Made by a program: the position numbers and the translations under genes
Source: Dickeya solani IPO 2222
GTDB taxonomy: Bacteria > Pseudomonadota > Gammaproteobacteria > Enterobacterales > Enterobacteriaceae
Reading direction: 5' to 3'
Assembly: GCF_001644705.1 (NCBI RefSeq)
Contig: NZ_CP015137.1
Span: forward strand, 2,370,001-2,402,000
DNA: 32,000 nucleotides
The notes under the pieces: generated by a model
What the model was told of the DNA's origin: nothing
The model's input: the letters and a program-made list of their open reading frames with translations, nothing else
Database searches by the model: none
Part shown: piece after piece, positions 1-9,197 of the stretch
How the letters are laid out: each line of letters starts with the position of its first letter
Numbering within the stretch: position 1 is the first letter of the stretch

Positions 1-287
1 AGCGTGATGACGTGGGGATGGTCCGCCGCCGTCAGGCGCTCGGTCGCCAGCGCGATACGGCTAAACGCCGGCATGATGGACTGAAGATAGAGCTGTCCCT
101 GCGGCGTGAGCGTCAGAGAACGCACGCTGCGAACAAATAGCTGACGCTCCAGCTTATTTTCCAGACTGGTGATTTGCTGGCTGACGGCGCCGGGCGTGAC
201 GTGAAGCTCTTCTGCGGCTTTTTTCATACTCAGCAGCCGGCCGGCGGCTTCAAAGTACATCAGCGCGTGTAGCGGCGGCAGTTTCAT
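1..287 (-). CDS. LysR-family transcriptional regulator, N-terminal HTH part (runs off the left edge of the window)
   Basis: The reverse complement from CAT at 285-287 reads MKLPPLHALMYFEAAGRLLSMKKAAEELHVTPGAVSQQITSLENKLERQLFVRSVRSLTLTPQGQ.... This is the typical LysR/GcvA-like winged-HTH N-terminus. It is open to position 1 and divergent from the transporter gene. Confidence 0.8.
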   Translation of the reverse strand, partial: MKLPPLHALMYFEAAGRLLSMKKAAEELHVTPGAVSQQITSLENKLERQLFVRSVRSLTLTPQGQLYLQSIMPAFSRIALATERLTAADHPHVIT

Positions 288-303
288 CCCGACTCCTCCA
301 TGC

Positions 304-337
304 ATCAGAAAAACTAAATTGTCACTAATTTCCTGAT
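304..337. promoter_or_regulatory. Imperfect inverted repeat in the lysR/eamA divergent promoter region (candidate LysR site)
   Basis: ATCAGAAA (304-311) and TTTCCTGAT (329-337) flank an AT-rich core. The core contains ACTAA-N6-ACTAA. Its position between divergent genes fits a LysR-type operator, but no consensus could be verified. Confidence 0.25.
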
Positions 338-430
338 TTGTACAGGCAGGAGGGACGTGATGTGATTGATGGAAAGCCGAGAAAGGTGCTATTTGTACCC
401 GCCGGCCGCTAACCCCATCAGGAGTGGATC

Positions 431-1342
431 ATGAAGTATGCTGATGTTATTCGTCTTTTTTCGCTGGCGGCCATCTGGGGCGCGAGCTTTTTGTTTATGC
501 GGGTGGCGTCGCCAGCGATTGGCGCGATGAATACCGCGTTTTTTCGTGTACTGCTTGGGTTTATGGGGCTGGCGCTGCTTCTTGGTTTGTTGAGAACCAA
601 ACTCGATTTTCGCGGCAAACTGGGTGTGCTATTGCTGCTGGGGGTGATCAATTCCGGGTTGCCGTTTCTGATGTATTGTCTGGCTGCCCTGTCCCTGCCG
701 GCGGGCTATTCCGCCATTCTCAACGCTACCACGCCGCTGATGGGGGCTGGTGTCGGCTTTCTGTTTTTTAGCGAATCGGTCACCACCAGAAAACTGCTGG
801 GCACCTTTCTTGGTCTGGCCGGCGTGATGTTGATGACCACCACCGGCAGCGCGGATTCGTTCATCCGGCTGATGCCCGGCATGGCGGCCTGCCTGATGGC
901 GACGGCATGCTACGCTATCGCCGGCTTTCTGACGAAACGCTGGATTACCGATCGCGGCGGGCTTGCTCCGATGCTGGTGGCTACCGGCAGCCAATTGGGC
1001 GCGACCTTGTTTTTACTGCCTTTCTTTGTCTACTCCGTGGTGACGGTGCCGATAAGCGGCTGGCAGCCGCCCGCGTTGTGGGTAAGCGTACTGACGCTGG
1101 GACTGGTGTGTACCGCGCTGGCGTATGTGCTTTATTTCCGACTGATTGCCGATATCGGTCCGTTGAAATCGCTGAGCGTCACTTTCCTGATCCCTCCCTT
1201 CGGCATTATGTGGGGATGGGTCGGATTGGGTGAGCAACTTTCCACCGATGTGATCGCCGGTGGGATAACCATCGGCATTGCCGTGTGGCTGGTGTTGCAC
1301 TCGCCGGCATCGCAGAGAGTAAAAGGGAAAATACGTGGGTAA
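431..1342 (+). CDS. EamA/DMT-superfamily (drug/metabolite transporter) inner-membrane protein
   Basis: The 303-aa ORF is very hydrophobic, with about 10 predicted TM segments arranged as two EamA-like halves (for example WGASFLFMRVA and ALAYVLYFRLI). GGAG at 421-424 lies 6 nt upstream of the ATG. Confidence 0.8.
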   Translation: MKYADVIRLFSLAAIWGASFLFMRVASPAIGAMNTAFFRVLLGFMGLALLLGLLRTKLDFRGKLGVLLLLGVINSGLPFLMYCLAALSLPAGYSAILNATTPLMGAGVGFLFFSESVTTRKLLGTFLGLAGVMLMTTTGSADSFIRLMPGMAACLMATACYAIAGFLTKRWITDRGGLAPMLVATGSQLGATLFLLPFFVYSVVTVPISGWQPPALWVSVLTLGLVCTALAYVLYFRLIADIGPLKSLSVTFLIPPFGIMWGWVGLGEQLSTDVIAGGITIGIAVWLVLHSPASQRVKGKIRG

Positions 1343-1426
1343 CGCGGCTGGTTGATCTATTGACGGTGAGAGCGGACGGTGAGAGCGCAGGGCCGTGACC
1401 GACCCCGCGCGTGATTGCCCTGACGG

Positions 1427-4066
1427 TTAGCCCGTATTGCGCATCCCGGCGGCGACGCCGGCGATGGTGACCATCAGCGCCTGTTCCACCTGCGGGTCCA
1501 GTGTCTCCTGCTGGCGCGAACGGTGCAGCAGTTCCGCCTGCAGCACGTTGAGCGGGTCGGTGTAGACGTTGCGCAGCGCGATGGATTCGGCGATCCACGG
1601 CAGGTCGGCCATCAGATGGTCGTCGTTGGAGATGGTCAGCACCGCTTTGATGTCCTTCTCCAGTTGCTCACGCAACTGGTTGCCGAGCGGCCACAGTTTC
1701 TCTTCCACCAGCCGCTGATCGTAGTATTCCGCCAGCCACAGGTCGGCCTTGGCGAACACCATTTCCAGCATGCCGATACGGGTGGAGAAGAACGGCCAGT
1801 CGCGGCACATGGCTTCCAGCTGGTTCTGGTGACCGTCTTCGATCACTTTTTGCAGCGCGGCGCCGGCGCCCAACCAGGCGGGTAGCATCAGGCGGTTCTG
1901 GGTCCAGGCGAAAATCCACGGGATGGCGCGCAGGCTTTCCACGCCACCGTTCGGCCGACGCTTGGCCGGGCGCGACCCCAGCGGCAGTTTACCCAGTTCC
2001 AGTTCCGGCGTGGCGGCGCGGAAGTAAGGCACGAAATCCGGGTTTTCCCGTACGTAGCCGCGGTACATGTCGCAGGAAATGCGCGACAGCTCGTTCATGA
2101 TGTGATGCCACTCCTGCTTCGGCTCCGGCGGCGGCAATAGGTTGGCTTCCAGAATGGCGGACGTGTAGAGCGACAGGCTGCTGATGGTGACTTCCGGCAG
2201 GCCGAACTTGAAGCGGATCATCTCGCCCTGTTCGGTGACGCGCAGGCCGCCTTTCAGGCTACCCGGTGGTTGGGAGAGCAGCGCGGCATGAGCCGGCGCG
2301 CCGCCGCGGCCAATCGAACCGCCGCGACCGTGGAACAGCGTCAGCGCGATACCGTATTTCTCGCAGGTTTTGATCAGGGCGTCCTGCGCGCGGTACTGCG
2401 CCCAGGAGGCCGCCATCACCCCGGCGTCTTTGGCGGAGTCGGAATAGCCGATCATCACCATCTGCTTGCCCTGAATGAAGCCGCGATACCAGTCGATGTT
2501 GAGCAACTGGATCATTACGCTGTCGGCGTTATTCAGATCGTCCAGCGTTTCGAACAGCGGCGCCACCGGCAGCGCGTACGGGCAACCGGCTTCTTTTAGC
2601 AGCAAATGCACCGCCAGTACGTCGGACGGGGTACGCGCCATCGAAATCACATAGGCGGCGATGGAGTCGCGTGGGGTTTCGGCGATCACCCGGCAGGTTT
2701 CCAGCACTTCCTGGGTGTCGGCGCTCGGTTCCCACTGACGCGGCAGCAGCGGACGCTTGGAGTTGAGCTCGCGGATCAGGAACGCCTGCTTGTCGGATTC
2801 CGACCAGCTTTCGTAGTCTCCCAGCCCCAGATAGCGGGTGATTTCGGCCAGCGCGTCGGTGTGGCGGGTGCTTTCCTGACGCACGTCGATACGCACCAGC
2901 GGTACGCCAAAGCAACGTACCCGGCGTAGGGTGTCGAGCAACTGGCCGTCGGCGATGATGCCCATGCCGCAGGCATGCAGCGACTGGTAACAGGCGTACA
3001 GCGGCTCCCATAACTGTTCGTTGGTGACCAGCAGATCTTTGGGCGGTACTTGTTGTCCGCCTTTCAGACGCGCGTCCAGATAATCCAGGGTGGCGGTCAA
3101 CTGCGCGCGCAGCGCTTTCATCAATTCACGGTAGGGTTCCTGCACGTCGTCACCGCCAGCCAACTGCTGCAGTTCCGGCGTACAGGTGGTCATCGACAGT
3201 TCGGACACCAGCACCTGTACGTCGCGCAGGAACAGGTCAGCGGCTTTCCAGCGGCTTAGCAGCAGTACGCGGCGGGTGACTTCGGCGGTCACGTTCGGGT
3301 TGCCGTCGCGGTCGCCGCCCATCCAGGAGGTGAAGCGCACCGGCACCGAATCCACCGGCAGACGGTAGCCCAACTCTTTACCCATCTGCTCGTCGAGTTC
3401 GCGCAGGAACGCTGGCACCCCTTCCCACAGGCTGTTTTCCACCACCGCGAAGCCCCACTTGGCTTCGTCCACCGGCGTCGGGCGGATTTTGCGGATTTCA
3501 TCGGTATGCCAGTATTGGGCGATCAGCTGGCGCAGGCGGCGCATGATCTGGTGGCGTTCATAGTCGGCCAGATCGTCATGGTCGAGCTGCTTGAGGCAGG
3601 TATTCACTTCGACCAGTTTGTGGATCAGCGTACGGCGGGTGATTTCGGTCGGGTGCGCGGTCAGTACCAGTTCGATGGAGAGTGACTCAACCGCGTCGCG
3701 GATGTCTTTATCGCTCAGGTTGTCGCGATTTTTCAGGCTGCGAAACACCGTCGCCAGCGCTTCCGGGTTACTGGCCGCTTCGCCGTGCGGAGAAATGCTG
3801 TGGTATTGCTCCGCGGTGTTGGTCAGGTTAAGGAACTGACTGAATGCGCGGGCGACCGGCAGCAGTTCATCGTTGGACAGGTTCTGCAGTGTGGTCAGCA
3901 GTTCCTGGCGGTGTGTTTCGCTGCCGGCCCGCGAGGCTTTGGACAGCTTGCGGATTGTTTCAACACGCTCAAGGATATTGGCGCCCAGCGCCTCCTTGAT
4001 GGTGTCGCCGAGTAGTTTACCCAGCATGCTGACATTGCTCCGCATGGCGGAATATTGTTCATTCAT
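1427..4066 (-). CDS. ppc: Phosphoenolpyruvate carboxylase
   Basis: The 879-aa ORF starts [28 protein letters not shown] and ends MRNTG. It carries the hallmark motifs [20 protein letters not shown] and [10 protein letters not shown]. It is colinear with E. coli Ppc as I recall it. Confidence 0.97.
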   Translation of the reverse strand: MNEQYSAMRSNVSMLGKLLGDTIKEALGANILERVETIRKLSKASRAGSETHRQELLTTLQNLSNDELLPVARAFSQFLNLTNTAEQYHSISPHGEAASNPEALATVFRSLKNRDNLSDKDIRDAVESLSIELVLTAHPTEITRRTLIHKLVEVNTCLKQLDHDDLADYERHQIMRRLRQLIAQYWHTDEIRKIRPTPVDEAKWGFAVVENSLWEGVPAFLRELDEQMGKELGYRLPVDSVPVRFTSWMGGDRDGNPNVTAEVTRRVLLLSRWKAADLFLRDVQVLVSELSMTTCTPELQQLAGGDDVQEPYRELMKALRAQLTATLDYLDARLKGGQQVPPKDLLVTNEQLWEPLYACYQSLHACGMGIIADGQLLDTLRRVRCFGVPLVRIDVRQESTRHTDALAEITRYLGLGDYESWSESDKQAFLIRELNSKRPLLPRQWEPSADTQEVLETCRVIAETPRDSIAAYVISMARTPSDVLAVHLLLKEAGCPYALPVAPLFETLDDLNNADSVMIQLLNIDWYRGFIQGKQMVMIGYSDSAKDAGVMAASWAQYRAQDALIKTCEKYGIALTLFHGRGGSIGRGGAPAHAALLSQPPGSLKGGLRVTEQGEMIRFKFGLPEVTISSLSLYTSAILEANLLPPPEPKQEWHHIMNELSRISCDMYRGYVRENPDFVPYFRAATPELELGKLPLGSRPAKRRPNGGVESLRAIPWIFAWTQNRLMLPAWLGAGAALQKVIEDGHQNQLEAMCRDWPFFSTRIGMLEMVFAKADLWLAEYYDQRLVEEKLWPLGNQLREQLEKDIKAVLTISNDDHLMADLPWIAESIALRNVYTDPLNVLQAELLHRSRQQETLDPQVEQALMVTIAGVAAGMRNTG

Positions 4067-4304
4067 AGTTACCCTGACCCATCTCTTGATTTTGTAAATT
4101 TATTACACACAAAAATTGTGTGGTTACTGTCTGTTATCTAGCCACGTTCGCCATTGTTCGTCAATGAACGTCCTTTAATCCCTACAGTTGTACCCGTTTA
4201 ACCGGTACAAAGGCAATTTGTGAAATTTAATTACAAAAGCTTGCAGATAAGTGACACTTATCTTAGACGGCGGAGAAGGCAAGGGCGGCGGGAGAAGGAA
4301 GGCA

Positions 4305-4345
4305 ATAAAAAACGCGTTGCCCGGCGTTGACTGCCGGGCAACGCG
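4305..4345 (-). terminator. Rho-independent terminator of argE
   Basis: On the minus strand, just after the argE stop, there is a 13-bp perfect stem (4333-4345 pairs with 4313-4325) and a 7-nt loop. It is followed by a T-run, seen as A4305-A4312 on the plus strand. Confidence 0.8.
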
Positions 4346-4351
4346 CTGAGA

Positions 4352-5503
4352 TCAATGCTGACAGAAGTGATGCACCAGTTGGGTAATCAAGGTGCGCGTC
4401 GGTTTGATGAACGACATGTCGATAAATTCATCCGGCTGATGCGCCTGATTGATGGAGCCGGGGCCGAGCACCAGCGTCGGGCACAGTTCCTGAATGAACG
4501 GCGCTTCGGTGCAGTAATTCACCACATCGGTCGGCTGCCCCACCAGTTTTTCCACCACCTGCGCCAGCTGATGGTCCGCCGGGCACTCGTAGCCCGGAAT
4601 CGGTGGGTGCAGTTCGCCGATGGTCAGGCGTCCGGGCCAGCGTTCGCTGACCGGCGCCAGCGCTTCGCTCAGCAGGCCGTTGAGATCGCTCAGCGTCATA
4701 CCCGGCAGCGGGCGGATATCCATGTGCAGGTCGCAGCAGGCGCAGATGCGGTTGGCGGCGTCGCCGCCATGAATGTGGCCGAAATTCATGGTGGGGTAAG
4801 GAATGTGGAACGCCGGGTTGTGATAGCGTTGTTGCAGCGTGTTGCGCAGTACCATCAGTTCGGAAATGGCTTCGTGCATCAGTTCGATGGCGTTGACGCC
4901 GCGCGACGGATCGCTGGAATGGCCGGACTGGCCCTGAATACGCACGACATTCGACATGTGGCCTTTGTGGGCGCGTACCGGTTGCAATGATGTCGGCTCG
5001 CCGATAATGGCGCAGTCCGGGCGAATACCGGTGGATTCGGAGAAATACTTGGCACCCGCCATCGTGGTTTCTTCATCGGCGGTGGCCAGAATGTACAGCG
5101 GTTTGGTCAGCTTACTGGCATCCACATCGCGCAGTGCATCGAGAATAAAGGCGAAAAAGCCTTTCATGTCGGCGGTGCCGAGCCCGTAGAGCTTGTTGTC
5201 GTGTTCGGTCAGGGTGAACGGGTCGCGGGTCCAGCGGCCGTCGTCGAACGGCACCGTGTCGGTATGACCGGCCAGTAGCAGCCCGCCGCTGCCTTCTCCC
5301 AGACGGGCCAGCAGGTTGAATTTGTTAAATGTGCCGGGCACCGGTTGTACGTCGACATGAAAACCCAGATCGCTAAACCATCCCGCCAACAGATTGATTA
5401 AGGTTTCATTGCTTTGATCCAGGGCGCGCTCGGTGGCGCTGATGGACGGGGTGGCGATCAATGCCCGGTACAGCTCCATAAAAGGGGGTAAATTCATCTT
5501 CAC
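4352..5503 (-). CDS. argE: Acetylornithine deacetylase
   Basis: The translation matches E. coli ArgE throughout ([19 protein letters not shown]...GHTDTVPFD...[10 protein letters not shown]). I chose the GTG at 5501-5503, giving VKMNLPPF and 383 aa like E. coli MKNKLPPF. The track ATG at 5542 would lie inside the ARG-box operator. Confidence 0.93.
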   Translation of the reverse strand: MKMNLPPFMELYRALIATPSISATERALDQSNETLINLLAGWFSDLGFHVDVQPVPGTFNKFNLLARLGEGSGGLLLAGHTDTVPFDDGRWTRDPFTLTEHDNKLYGLGTADMKGFFAFILDALRDVDASKLTKPLYILATADEETTMAGAKYFSESTGIRPDCAIIGEPTSLQPVRAHKGHMSNVVRIQGQSGHSSDPSRGVNAIELMHEAISELMVLRNTLQQRYHNPAFHIPYPTMNFGHIHGGDAANRICACCDLHMDIRPLPGMTLSDLNGLLSEALAPVSERWPGRLTIGELHPPIPGYECPADHQLAQVVEKLVGQPTDVVNYCTEAPFIQELCPTLVLGPGSINQAHQPDEFIDMSFIKPTRTLITQLVHHFCQH

Positions 5504-5529
5504 TGTTGACAGCCTCTGGGTTAGGATAG

Positions 5530-5568
5530 TATCAATATTCATGCAATTATTGTGAATAAAAATACAAT
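5530..5568. promoter_or_regulatory. Tandem ARG boxes (ArgR operator) in the divergent argE/argCBH control region
   Basis: There are two 18-bp boxes separated by 3 bp. TATCAATATTCATGCAAT is at 5530-5547 and TGTGAATAAAAATACAAT is at 5551-5568. Against the consensus TNTGAATWWWWATTCANW, the second box has one mismatch and the first has three. The location matches the known E. coli argECBH operator arrangement. Confidence 0.6.
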
Positions 5569-5717
5569 AATGCCAGTCGAAATGAAATCATAAGCTGTGC
5601 GGCGATACGAGATTGTCGCATAATCGTTTCTTCTGGCTTTGGTGGGTGAACGGCGTGGCCGCGCTGATGAGCCTGCTCCCTGTTCCACCTATCTGGCAAT
5701 AAAGGTATACCGAACTC

Positions 5718-6722
5718 ATGCTGAATACGTTGATCGTTGGTGCAAGTGGCTATACCGGCGCTGAGCTGGCCCTGTACCTGAACCGTCACCCGCAGATGAA
5801 CATAACCGCTTTGGCGGTTTCCGCGCAAAGCGTTGATGCGGGAAAACGCATTTCCGACCTGCATCCCCAGCTTAAAGGCATCATTGACTTACCGGTGCAG
5901 CCGCTGACCGACGTGGCCGACGCCGCCAAAGGCGTGGACGTGGTGTTTCTGGCGACCGACCACAAGGTGAGCCACGACCTGGCGCCGCAGTTCCTGAACG
6001 CCGGCTGTACCGTGTTCGATCTTTCCGGCGCATTCCGCGTGCAGGATCCTGAATTCTACACCCGTTACTATGGCTTCGAGCACCAGCACACCGACTGGCT
6101 GGCGCAGGCGGTGTACGGTCTGGCCGAGTGGCAGGCGGACCGCATCAAACAGGCACAGCTTGTCGCCGTGCCGGGTTGTTACCCGACCGCGTCTCAACTG
6201 GCATTGAAACCGCTGGTGGAAGGCGGCCTGCTGAACCCGAACCAGTGGCCGGTGATCGACGCCACCAGCGGCGTCAGCGGTGCGGGCCGTAAGGCCAGCA
6301 TGACCAACAGCTTCTGTGAAGTCAGCCTGCAGCCGTACGGCATCTTCAACCATCGCCATCATCCGGAAATCGCCACCCATCTCGGCGTTCCGGTGATTTT
6401 CACCCCGCATCTGGGCAATTTCCCGCGCGGCATTCTGGCGACCATCACCTGCCGCCTGCAGCCGGGCGTTACCGCGCAGGACGTGGCGGAAGCCTACCAC
6501 AACGCCTATCACGACAAACCGCTGGTGAGGTTGTATGAGAAAGGCGTGCCGGCGCTGAAATCGGTGGTCGGTTTGCCGTTCTGCGATATCGGCTTTGTGG
6601 TGCAGGACGAGCACCTGATCGTGGTCGCCACCGAAGATAACCTGCTCAAAGGCGCGGCGGCGCAGGCCGTGCAGTGCATGAACATTCGCTTCGGTTTCCC
6701 TGAAACCCAATCCTTACTCTGA
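5718..6722 (+). CDS. argC: N-acetyl-gamma-glutamyl-phosphate reductase
   Basis: The 334-aa ORF starts [17 protein letters not shown] and contains the active-site region AVPGCYPTA. It is colinear with E. coli ArgC. Confidence 0.97.
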   Translation: MLNTLIVGASGYTGAELALYLNRHPQMNITALAVSAQSVDAGKRISDLHPQLKGIIDLPVQPLTDVADAAKGVDVVFLATDHKVSHDLAPQFLNAGCTVFDLSGAFRVQDPEFYTRYYGFEHQHTDWLAQAVYGLAEWQADRIKQAQLVAVPGCYPTASQLALKPLVEGGLLNPNQWPVIDATSGVSGAGRKASMTNSFCEVSLQPYGIFNHRHHPEIATHLGVPVIFTPHLGNFPRGILATITCRLQPGVTAQDVAEAYHNAYHDKPLVRLYEKGVPALKSVVGLPFCDIGFVVQDEHLIVVATEDNLLKGAAAQAVQCMNIRFGFPETQSLL

Positions 6723-6746
6723 TGACACCCTGAGGCGCAAAGACCG

Positions 6747-7520
6747 ATGAATCCGTTAATTATCAAGTTAGGCGGCGTATTACTGGATAGCGAAGAGGCG
6801 CTGGAGCGCCTGTTCACCGCGCTGGTGACCTACCGCCAGCAGCATCAGCGTCCGCTGGTGATTGTGCACGGCGGCGGCTGTCTGGTGGACGACCTGATGA
6901 AGAAACTGTCGTTGCCGGTGGTCAAGAAGAATGGCCTGCGCGTGACGCCTGCCGACCAGATTGACATCATTACCGGCGCGCTGGCCGGCTCCGCCAACAA
7001 AACCCTGCTGGCCTGGTCGATTCGTCACGGCATCAATGCCGTGGGTCTGAGTCTGGCGGATGGCGGCAGCACGGTGGTCACGCAGCTGAACGACGAACTG
7101 GGGCACGTGGGTAAAGCCGAAGCCGGCTCCCCGGCGCTGCTCAACACCCTGCTGAATGCCGGTTATCTGCCGGTCATCAGTTCCATCGGTATCACCGCCG
7201 GCGGCGAACTGATGAACGTCAACGCCGACCAGGCCGCCACCGCGCTGGCGCAGACGCTGGGCGCCGACCTGATCCTGCTGTCCGACGTCAGCGGCATTCT
7301 GGACGGCAAAGGCCAGCGCATCGCGGAAATGACCGCCGGTAAAGCAGAAGAGCTGATCGCGCAGGGCATTATTACCGACGGCATGATCGTCAAGGTCAAT
7401 GCGGCGCTGGACGCGGCGCGCGCGCTGGGGCGTCCGGTGGATATCGCCAGCTGGCGTCACGCCGAGCAGTTGCCGGCGTTGTTCAACGGCGTGTCCATCG
7501 GCACCCGTATTCAGGCGTAA
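6747..7520 (+). CDS. argB: Acetylglutamate kinase
   Basis: The 257-aa ORF contains [30 protein letters not shown] and [13 protein letters not shown]. It is nearly identical in layout to E. coli ArgB. Confidence 0.97.
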   Translation: MNPLIIKLGGVLLDSEEALERLFTALVTYRQQHQRPLVIVHGGGCLVDDLMKKLSLPVVKKNGLRVTPADQIDIITGALAGSANKTLLAWSIRHGINAVGLSLADGGSTVVTQLNDELGHVGKAEAGSPALLNTLLNAGYLPVISSIGITAGGELMNVNADQAATALAQTLGADLILLSDVSGILDGKGQRIAEMTAGKAEELIAQGIITDGMIVKVNAALDAARALGRPVDIASWRHAEQLPALFNGVSIGTRIQA

Positions 7521-7635
7521 GCCGCGAGCATCAAACACGTGTTCTCCGGAGACAACCGCCGGAGAACACGGGCAGTTCAACGGCGGGTCGGACTGGAGTC
7601 GGCCCGCCTTTATCAGAGAGACCGGGAGTGTAGTT

Positions 7636-9009
7636 ATGGCTTTGTGGGGCGGACGGTTCACGCAGGCGGCAGATCAACGTTTTAAACAGTTCAATGATTC
7701 ACTGCGGTTTGATTACCGTCTGGCGGAGCAGGACATCATCGGATCCATCGGCTGGTCCAAGGCGCTGGTGACGGTGAACGTACTGAGCGCTCAGGAACAG
7801 CAGCAACTGGAGCAGGCGCTCAATGCGCTGCTAAAAGAGGTGCAGGCGGATCCCGAGGCTATCCTGCAAAGCGACGCGGAAGACATCCACAGCTGGGTGG
7901 AGCAGAAACTGATCGAGAAAGTCGGCGATCTGGGCAAGAAACTGCACACCGGACGCAGCCGTAACGATCAGGTCGCTACCGACCTGAAACTGTGGTGCAA
8001 GGCGCAGGTGAGTGAACTGGCTCAGGCTATCCGTCATCTGCGCGCCGCGCTGGTCGCTACCGCCGAAGCCAATCAGGACGCGGTGATGCCGGGGTATACC
8101 CACCTGCAGCGCGCGCAGCCGGTAACCTTCGCCCACTGGTGTCTGGCTTACCACGAAATGCTCTCGCGTGACGAGAGCCGTCTGGAAGACACGCTCACGC
8201 GTCTGGACGTCAGCCCGCTGGGGTGCGGCGCGCTGGCAGGCACCGCGTATCCTATCGACCGCGAGCAACTGGCCGGTTGGCTGGGCTTTGCCTCGGCGAC
8301 GCGCAACAGTCTGGATACGGTATCCGACCGCGATCACGTGCTGGAACTGCTGTCCGATGCGTCCATCGGTATGGTGCACCTGTCGCGCTTCGCCGAAGAT
8401 TTGATTTTCTTCAACAGCGGCGAAGCGGCGTTTGTCGAGCTGTCCGACCGCGTTACCTCCGGCTCTTCGCTGATGCCGCAGAAAAAGAACCCGGACGCGC
8501 TGGAACTGATCCGCGGCAAGTGCGGCCGGGTGCAGGGCGCGCTGGCCGGCATGCTGGTGACGCTGAAAGGCCTGCCGCTGGCGTACAACAAAGACATGCA
8601 GGAAGACAAGGAAGGGCTGTTCGACGCGCTGGACACCTGGCACGACTGCCTGCTGATGGCGGCGCTGGTGCTGGAAGGCATTCAAGTGAAACGTCCGCGC
8701 TGTCAGGAAGCGGCGCAGCAGGGCTACGCCAACGCCACCGAACTGGCCGACTATCTGGTCGCCAAAGGCGTGCCGTTCCGTGAAGCGCACCACATCGTCG
8801 GCGAAGCGGTGGTAGGGGCTATTCGTCAGGGCAAAGCGCTGGAAGCGTTGTCGCTGGCGGATCTCAAACAGTTCAGCGCGGCGATCGAAGACGACGTGTA
8901 TCCGGTGCTGTCGTTGCAGTCCTGTCTGGAAAAACGCGCCGCGCAGGGCGGGGTGTCGCCGGAGCAGGTTGCGCGCGCCATCGCCGACGCAAAACAGCGT
9001 CTGGCGTAA
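7636..9009 (+). CDS. argH: Argininosuccinate lyase
   Basis: The internal ATG at 7636 gives [29 protein letters not shown] and 457 aa, like E. coli ArgH. The fumarate-lyase signature [12 protein letters not shown] is present. The track ORF starting at 7399 is only an open upstream extension that overlaps argB. Confidence 0.96.
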   Translation: MALWGGRFTQAADQRFKQFNDSLRFDYRLAEQDIIGSIGWSKALVTVNVLSAQEQQQLEQALNALLKEVQADPEAILQSDAEDIHSWVEQKLIEKVGDLGKKLHTGRSRNDQVATDLKLWCKAQVSELAQAIRHLRAALVATAEANQDAVMPGYTHLQRAQPVTFAHWCLAYHEMLSRDESRLEDTLTRLDVSPLGCGALAGTAYPIDREQLAGWLGFASATRNSLDTVSDRDHVLELLSDASIGMVHLSRFAEDLIFFNSGEAAFVELSDRVTSGSSLMPQKKNPDALELIRGKCGRVQGALAGMLVTLKGLPLAYNKDMQEDKEGLFDALDTWHDCLLMAALVLEGIQVKRPRCQEAAQQGYANATELADYLVAKGVPFREAHHIVGEAVVGAIRQGKALEALSLADLKQFSAAIEDDVYPVLSLQSCLEKRAAQGGVSPEQVARAIADAKQRLA

Positions 9010-9025
9010 TCTCTGCGATAAGTTT

Positions 9026-9058
9026 CAGAACCGGCCCAGGGGCCGGTTCTGTTTTTTC
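9026..9058 (+). terminator. Rho-independent terminator after argH
   Basis: CAGAACCGGCC (9026-9036) pairs with GGCCGGTTCTG (9041-9051) around a 4-nt loop. A T6 run follows at 9052-9057. Confidence 0.88.
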
Positions 9059-9197
9059 TGTCGCCCGCTTTCTGACGTCGGCTCGCATTTTCTCGTTTAA
9101 CAGCTGCTTTTTCGGCCGATTTCTCGCGTCACCTCTGGACATATATACAGCCTCATTTTACCTTGGCGGGCAGTGGTACACATAACCCGGAGGCGGT

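Noticed and set aside
4213-4238. A CRP-like half-site, TGTGA, in AATTTGTGAAATTTAATTACAAAA upstream of ppc.
   Set aside because: Only the left half-site matches the TGTGA-N6-TCACA consensus. The right half (ATTAC) is poor. Such matches are expected by chance in AT-rich DNA.
7399-7635. N-terminal extensions of track ORFs: argH from 7399, argE from 5542, ubiE from 10823, fre from 19690, fadB from 27165, pepQ from 27056, the ArsR regulator from 22318, and the YeeE-like genes from 22715 and 23151.
   Set aside because: Internal starts reproduce the known ortholog N-termini and lengths and have Shine-Dalgarno sequences. The extensions overlap upstream genes, operators (ARG boxes, FadR box) or promoters.
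8873-9142. An 89-aa minus-strand ORF in the argH-rmuC junction region.
   Set aside because: It overlaps the argH 3' end and its terminator. It has no RBS and an Arg/Pro-rich low-complexity product, so it is unlikely to be real.
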